Assembly (NCBI GenBank): GCA_047495785.1
Contig: JBLDXI010000032.1
Span: 1,984,001 to 2,048,000 of the forward strand
Reading direction: 5' to 3'
Source: Lepidodermella squamata
Taxonomy: Eukaryota; Animalia; Gastrotricha
DNA length: 64,000 nt
Positions 58,006 through 64,000 of this stretch are shown here, piece after piece. The position numbers and the translations under genes are program-made. The first letter of the stretch is position 1, and every line of letters starts with the position of its first letter. Below the pieces are notes generated by a model. The model did no database searches. It saw only the letters and a list, made by a program, of their open reading frames with translations, and was not told the origin of the DNA.

Positions 58006-61000
58006 ATGAGGTTTTTCGTTGCTGCTTTGATAAATGCGGCCGTTGTCATCCAACTTGGCTTGTGCGAAATAAGGCCCTGGCCTAACCCGATCAAATACTC
58101 CCTGCCGAGCAGTTAGTCATTCTCTATTACTTATTACACAGTCTATATTTTCATGTTTATTCCCGCGATGAAGATGCCCTCGATAGTGAAAAGGAGTCGA
58201 TTCGGGCTGCCACCCGATTTTGGAGCTCAGACACGTGCATTCAGTTCTCAGAGATGGAAACGCTACCCTCTGATCAAAACGGGATCGCTTTCCAAAAGTC
58301 CACTTCCTCGGGGCAAGTTGAAATAAATAATTTCTCATTTAGGATTGAACTTGAATATTAATTTCAGGGAATGCCAGTCTGTTGTAGGAATGACAAGCAC
58401 GGCGGCTCCACAGACAATCACCCTAACTTCTTCGTGTTTAAATGTAGCTTGGTTTTATTTCTCAATTTTGTAAGACTCGATGTCTTTTTGTAGGATCCAG
58501 GCAAGATTGCTCACGAAATCGGTCACGCGCTCGGATTTGTGAGTGAAAATAGGCGGAAAAATTGCAATTTTGTACACCCTCTTTTTGTTTCAGGTAGATG
58601 AAAACAACCGCCCCGACCGCGATACATACATTACAATCGATTTCTCGAATTTGCCATCGTAGTTTTTTATTTTTCTTCTAAAATTTCCTTAATTTTTTTT
58701 ATTTATTTCAGTAGCGCTGCGAGCAAATTTAGTATTAATAACGAGACGGATACTTTCCAGACTCCGTACGACTATGGCTCAATTATGCACGCGTCTCCTC
58801 GTCAGATCGATCGGAAAGGGCAACTGAGTCTGATCGTGACCCCGCGCGATATGACCTATCTCTTTATGATGGGTCAACGGCAGAGAATTTCGCTGAGCGA
58901 CGGAAACAGGGCAGCAATGCACTACTCAACATGCGGCTGTAAGCAAAATCCTAGAGTCTTTGATAAGAATCTCAAAAAATATTTGCCAAAACTAACACCC
59001 CTTGGAATTTCACCAATTTTAGGAATTTTTTCTGTTCATTCCCAATCGGAGAAGCTTCCATGAATATCCCACGTAAAATAAGGCCGATTTTTACTTTGAA
59101 TTTTTTTTATAGCTAATAAAAAACTAGGCTAGGTCAAACGTATTTCGGGAAAAGAGCGAATTTGTGTATCAATTCATAAATTTCGCAGAATTTATTAAAA
59201 CCCGTGGAAATTATGAAATTATCTTCCAGCTGATGGAGACTGTTTTTACCTACAATCCTGCAATCGCGGGTACTTCAACGCTAATTGCTCGGGTTGCACG
59301 TGTCGACCTGGTTTCGACCCAGCCGACTCCTGCACTTCGCCCTTGCCGCTGGACGCTAGCTGTGGGACAACTCAGGAGTTCAAATTAGCCGCGTGTTCAC
59401 GAGGCTCGATTGACTTCCCAACTACACCCTCATCTTGTACCTACAAAGTCGCATCGGTTAGCTGTTTTTTAGCTGAAAAACCTTAAAAAATTGTACTTTC
59501 AATTCTAAAAGACAAACAATGCCGGTCTGATATTTGGCTTCGATTCAAGACCTTTCCGAGGTTTGGAGAACTGCAAAAATACTGCTGGTAAATTAATCGC
59601 CACCTTAATAAACATTTTGACCTAATTTCATGTCCCTTTTATAGAGCTTTGTAATAGCGACAATTATGTTGAGCTGATTCAAGGCGATGTTCAGTTCGGC
59701 AGCAGCCGAAAGTGGAATTTTGAATCAATTATTTTGTAAAAATTAGAAATTTATTTTTTAAGGTTTTGCGCTTGTAGTGTGACAAGTGGCCGAGTTCTTT
59801 CGACCAAATCGAATGAAGTCTACGTTTACTACAAACAATCAGCTGCTTCCTCAAACCGGACTCGCCTGTTCTTCTACACGGCCTGTGAGGGTCTCACGGC
59901 TCCGCAGGTGACTCAAGAGTGTAAAATCAGCAACAGTGGTTATGACTATCGAGGACTGGCTAAGAAGACGATATACGGCAAAAATTGCATGTCTTGGTCG
60001 ACGCAGAAATCTTACGGGCCATACGATTTCCCGCTGGCTAACATTCAGACTGTTGCTTGTAGAAATCCATCATCGGCACCTGATCCTTTCTGCTTTATTG
60101 ACGAAAAAAATACTCAGCCATGCCAAAACACCTTCACATGCGGTAATTAGCATTAAAAAAATTAATTTATTTTAATTTAAATTTAATTTGAAAAATTACG
60201 ATTTTTAATTATTTTATTTAAAATGGATCAGAGCCATATGTCAGGTGTCTAAAATCTCCTTCGAAATTATTCTCGGCATGTCGATCGTTGGGACAGGGCT
60301 GCAAGAGCGGAGAAACTCGGGTAAAATCTCGGCTAAATCTCGGCAAAATTTCCAGCTAATTTGCACTGATTTTCATCGGCGCAGCTCGAGTTATTTGCAA
60401 CGATTAAGCCTCTGGTCTTCATCGACCATGTCGCATGTCGAAACGGTGTAAGTAATTCCAAAGATTTTCGCTTCAATAAATCGTGGGTTATGTTATAGGA
60501 CGCAAGGTGCTGCTTTTCTCCTGCTGATCAATCCTATAAAATTGGCCCCGTTAGAGCCAAATGTCAATCAACTGATTATGATGTGAGTGACCTATTTCTT
60601 TTATCGATGAAATTTTGATGATTTGTTTCGATTTAGATGGGAGTTTTCGCTAAACCGTACCCGGCCGAGTACGAAATTAATCATAATTACGCTCTCGGGA
60701 CCTGCGCGAATAATGTAGGTCAATTCGAAAATTCGAAATTACTATCGATAACTCTCTGCTCAGGTCAATTTGAAACGGTGTGTAAACAAGCAAGGAAATC
60801 CGAAAAGCTGCGTTAAACAATCGGAACAATGCCCACCTGAAACGGTTAGATATTATATTACCTAGTGATTCGGCTTTTATGCATTCCTTTTTATCAGACC
60901 ATGGTAGCTGGTCAATTTTCGTCATATGCCAACTGCATGCTCGGGGTATGAAATTAATGTCACCAAAGTCGAATTTGCTACTAATATTAATTATTTTTAA

Positions 61001-64000
61001 AATTTATAAAATTATTAAAATTATGAGGGATATTTTAATTATTTTAATGCTGCTCTGAATTGTTGTAGGACGCGTTCAAATTTTGCTATTCGGCCTACGA
61101 AAATTTCCGCTGTGTCGATTCGAATAGCCAATGCGCTGCCGGAGAGACTAGCGTAAGCTGAATCCTTATTTATTTCATCACTCTCGAAATCATTGAAAAT
61201 GCGTTAGTATGGAGTGTTCAACTCGTCAGCGAATTTCTTGCAAAACCTTCAAAACTGTAAAAATTTCGGCTATATTCAATGCACAAATCCTAATACCGAT
61301 GAAATCACCTGCGCAAAACGGGCTGACGGTAATTTAACATTTTGAGATTCTATTGAAGCTGGAAATAAATATATAGGCTGCCCTAGCCCTACTGTCAAAT
61401 CGTTCGCTTACATTTTCCCCGACTCGATTTCATGCCTTGAGAAGGAGTAGGTGTTCACGCAAATCACTCCCATCGACCACGAGGGCAATTTTTACGACAC
61501 TAGCGATGACGCTGCCCGGCAGTGTGAACTCTTCGGCGGCAAACTCGCATCCGTTACCTCGGCCCTGCAGCAAGAGTACGCCAGGGCTGTCATGCCCTAC
61601 CCAACTGGAGGAATTGTAAGCGCGCGTCACGTGACTGGGACTCAGCGTGATTTCGTTTGGGGCGACGGTACCAAACTGGAACCGTTCGAAAATGGGGTCA
61701 AGCAATGGAGCAATGGCAACCCGAGTGGCGAAATCGATGGCAACGGTGTTAGTAAGTCCCAGATGTCTTATTATTTTCAAGTATAACCTTGATTCCTGTG
61801 TATAGGCGATGAGTCTTGTACGGTTTATTTATGGGCATCAGTCACGCCTGCAGCTGCGTTCCTAACCGATGATATGTGTTCGGACACTGGCAACGCCCAT
61901 GCATTGTGTGAGACGTTCGAAAACAGGGTACAATATCGATCAAGAAAAATCAATTTTTTTTAATTTTCGAATTATTAAGGGCTTCCGTTTCTGCTATAAA
62001 TATGGCCTCGACTTCAGATGCATCACACGTCTAAGGGCATGCGGCTCGGACGAGACTGATGTAATATTGTGAAAAAAATTTTAAAAATATTCGGCATGCC
62101 CTTATTGTTTCAGTTCGGTATTTTCAAGTCTTCATCGAATTTTTCGCAAAATTTGGCTGATTGCCAAAATTTCGGTTGGGTCCAATGCACTGATCTGTCA
62201 GCTAGCAATGCTATTTCCTGTTCTCCCAGGATAACAGGTTCGATATTAGGAATGAAAAGTCCACCTTGAACTGTCGATTTTTTTCAGGTTGCCAATCGCC
62301 GAAAATTATGTCTTTTTCAAGAATATTCAAGGACGAAGCCAGCTGTTTGAGCGAGATCAAGTTGTTTTTCAGGACTAAATCGATTGCGCACGTCAACGGG
62401 TTCAACGGCGCTAAGGAGGCTGAGAAAGAATGCGCCACGCAAGGAGCTGTTTTAGCGTCTATCACGACGTCGAACCAGCTGGTAGATGCCAGGCTCGCCT
62501 TTCTTACCGGACAGCTAATTTGGGTTAGCGCAAAGCGCGATAATGGCAATAACTACGTCTGGTTAGATGGCACTGCCGTCCAGAGTCCGTTGCCGGGTGG
62601 GCTGGACTTGTTGACGTCGCCGCCTCGTAATAATCATTTTTTATATTATTTCCAATTTTTAATTAAAAAAAAATGTGTTATTTTATAGCAGAGCAAAAAT
62701 TCAAAGCTTGGTTTTCAATTTTCTATTTTTTTTAGCATTGCTGCGCTAACTTGTTCTTGCTCCCTTTTTTGCGCGATTGTCGCGTTAAAATTTGCTCTTC
62801 TGTCGTTTTGCTCCCAAGCCCTTGTGCAAATCGCAAATACCAAAGAACGATTCCTTAGGTATATAATTCCTATATAATTCCTATAATTCCTTTCATTTCA
62901 CTAAAATTAAGACTCTTGAGGCTCTAAATATTTATTCTTTAATTCGAAAATTTGAAAATTAATTGAAATTAATTGAACTTTGAAAAAAAATTAATTTGAA
63001 AATTAAATCAGCCTTCAGTTTTTAATTTTTAATTGAATTTTATTCATGGGTTGTAGAACTGGACTGTACAATAATGGCAGGATCACCTGCAGTACTGGAT
63101 GACCTGAGTTGTTCGGCCGATAATCTTGGTTACGCAATTTGCGAGAAGTACGTCAAGAATACAAACGGCTTCCGTTTCTGCTACCAGTACGGCTTCAAGT
63201 TTCGTTGTATCGAGGCCGAGAACCAATGCGAATCGAATGAGCAAGACGTAAATATGAAAACCTGTTCATCTTGCCCTAAATTCAAGTTTCTATATTAATC
63301 CAACAGTTCGGAGAATTCACCGCTGATGATCGTATGACGAATCTGCAAAATTGCCAGAATTTCGGCTGGATGCAATGCACTGATCCAAATAATAACGATG
63401 CAGTTTCTTGCCCGTTGCGAAGCAATTGTAAGTCTTTAATAGGTCTAAACCTTAGCACCACCCAAAACTTGAGGTTCCAGCACTTCAGTTTAAATCACTA
63501 ATTTTCCTGGTTTTTTTCGAATTTTTCGAATTTTCGTGTTCGATAACCATTCATAAATTATTTTTGTTTCAAGTCTTCGCAGAATGCCAAGCCCCTAAAT
63601 TTCTCTCCTTCGCAAGACTGTTTGGTACTGAGGATTCGTGCCTGAATACTGTCAAAAAGATCAACGGCTATGCCCCCTTATACGGCGGTTACTTCTCCGG
63701 CTTCGACGATGCCACAAAAATGTGCGCAGACAATGGCAGAGCCCTCGCATCGTTGTCAACGTCCTCACAATTGCAACAAGCTAAAACTTACCTTATTTCC
63801 AAGAGCGTACCTCACGGCATAGTTTCAGCTCGTCGCGGGTCTGATGGCAACTTCGCGTGGGCTGACGGCTCGGATTTTCCTGGATCTTACCCTAGCAATC
63901 AGCTTCTATGGGGTTATGGCCAGCCTGACAGTAAGGAATTGTTTACCTCACCTTAAAATCGGAATTAATTTGTCAATTTTCTTTCCTAATAGACGAAGGA
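58006..64000 (+). CDS. Astacin-like mosaic protein 2 (tandem paralog; runs off the window end)
   Basis: MRFFVAALINAAVVIQLGLCEIRPWPNPIKYSL; WSSDTCIQF; ECQSVVG; HEIGHALGF|VDENNRPDRDTYI; PYDYGSIMHA; EGF, CUB-like, Kringle (SGYDYRG…CRNP…PFCF); at least three Cys-module+CTLD units. Intron positions mirror paralog 1. Confidence 0.88.

Noticed and set aside
1-64000. Prokaryotic operons, rRNA or tRNA genes
   Set aside because: Pervasive spliceosomal introns and animal gene families indicate a eukaryote. I recognised no rRNA or tRNA sequence by eye; a covariance-model scan was not run.

Overview
Eukaryotic DNA, most likely from a compact-genome invertebrate animal. It is gene-dense, uses the standard code, has many ~50-nt GT-AG introns, and its few large introns are filled with transposon debris. 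The ORF track fragments or mis-frames several genes, so I reassembled them by hand from splice sites. In order: the 3' end of a ROCO-like gene ending in CaaX; a myristoylated DUF4062-NACHT-TPR gene whose 5.5-kb last intron nests an antisense 7TM receptor and MULE/MITE remnants; an F-box/LRR gene; a secreted Gly/Ser/His-repeat protein (true frame absent from the ORF track); a LINE remnant; a TIR-only gene; a secreted Gly/Gln-rich protein; an ADCY9-type adenylyl cyclase lacking the ATP-specifying Lys, with MULE, gag-only LTR and MITE insertions in its introns; a catalytically dead, shortened neprilysin homolog; an SLC36 transporter; a fungal/plant-type sphingolipid delta-8-like desaturase; a minus-strand block of low-complexity putative structural genes (Gly/Cys-rich, WTAWQPPVV-repeat, two small HSPs, one with Asn/Trp/Phe-rich arms); and two tandem astacin-like mosaic genes. 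The astacin pair is the most unusual feature: Asp as third zinc ligand (HEIGHALGxxD), Met-turn SIMHA without the Tyr, no recognisable propeptide, and an EGF-CUB-like-Kringle-[unrecognised Cys module + C-type lectin]xN tail. All family assignments are from remembered motifs; no database searches were run.
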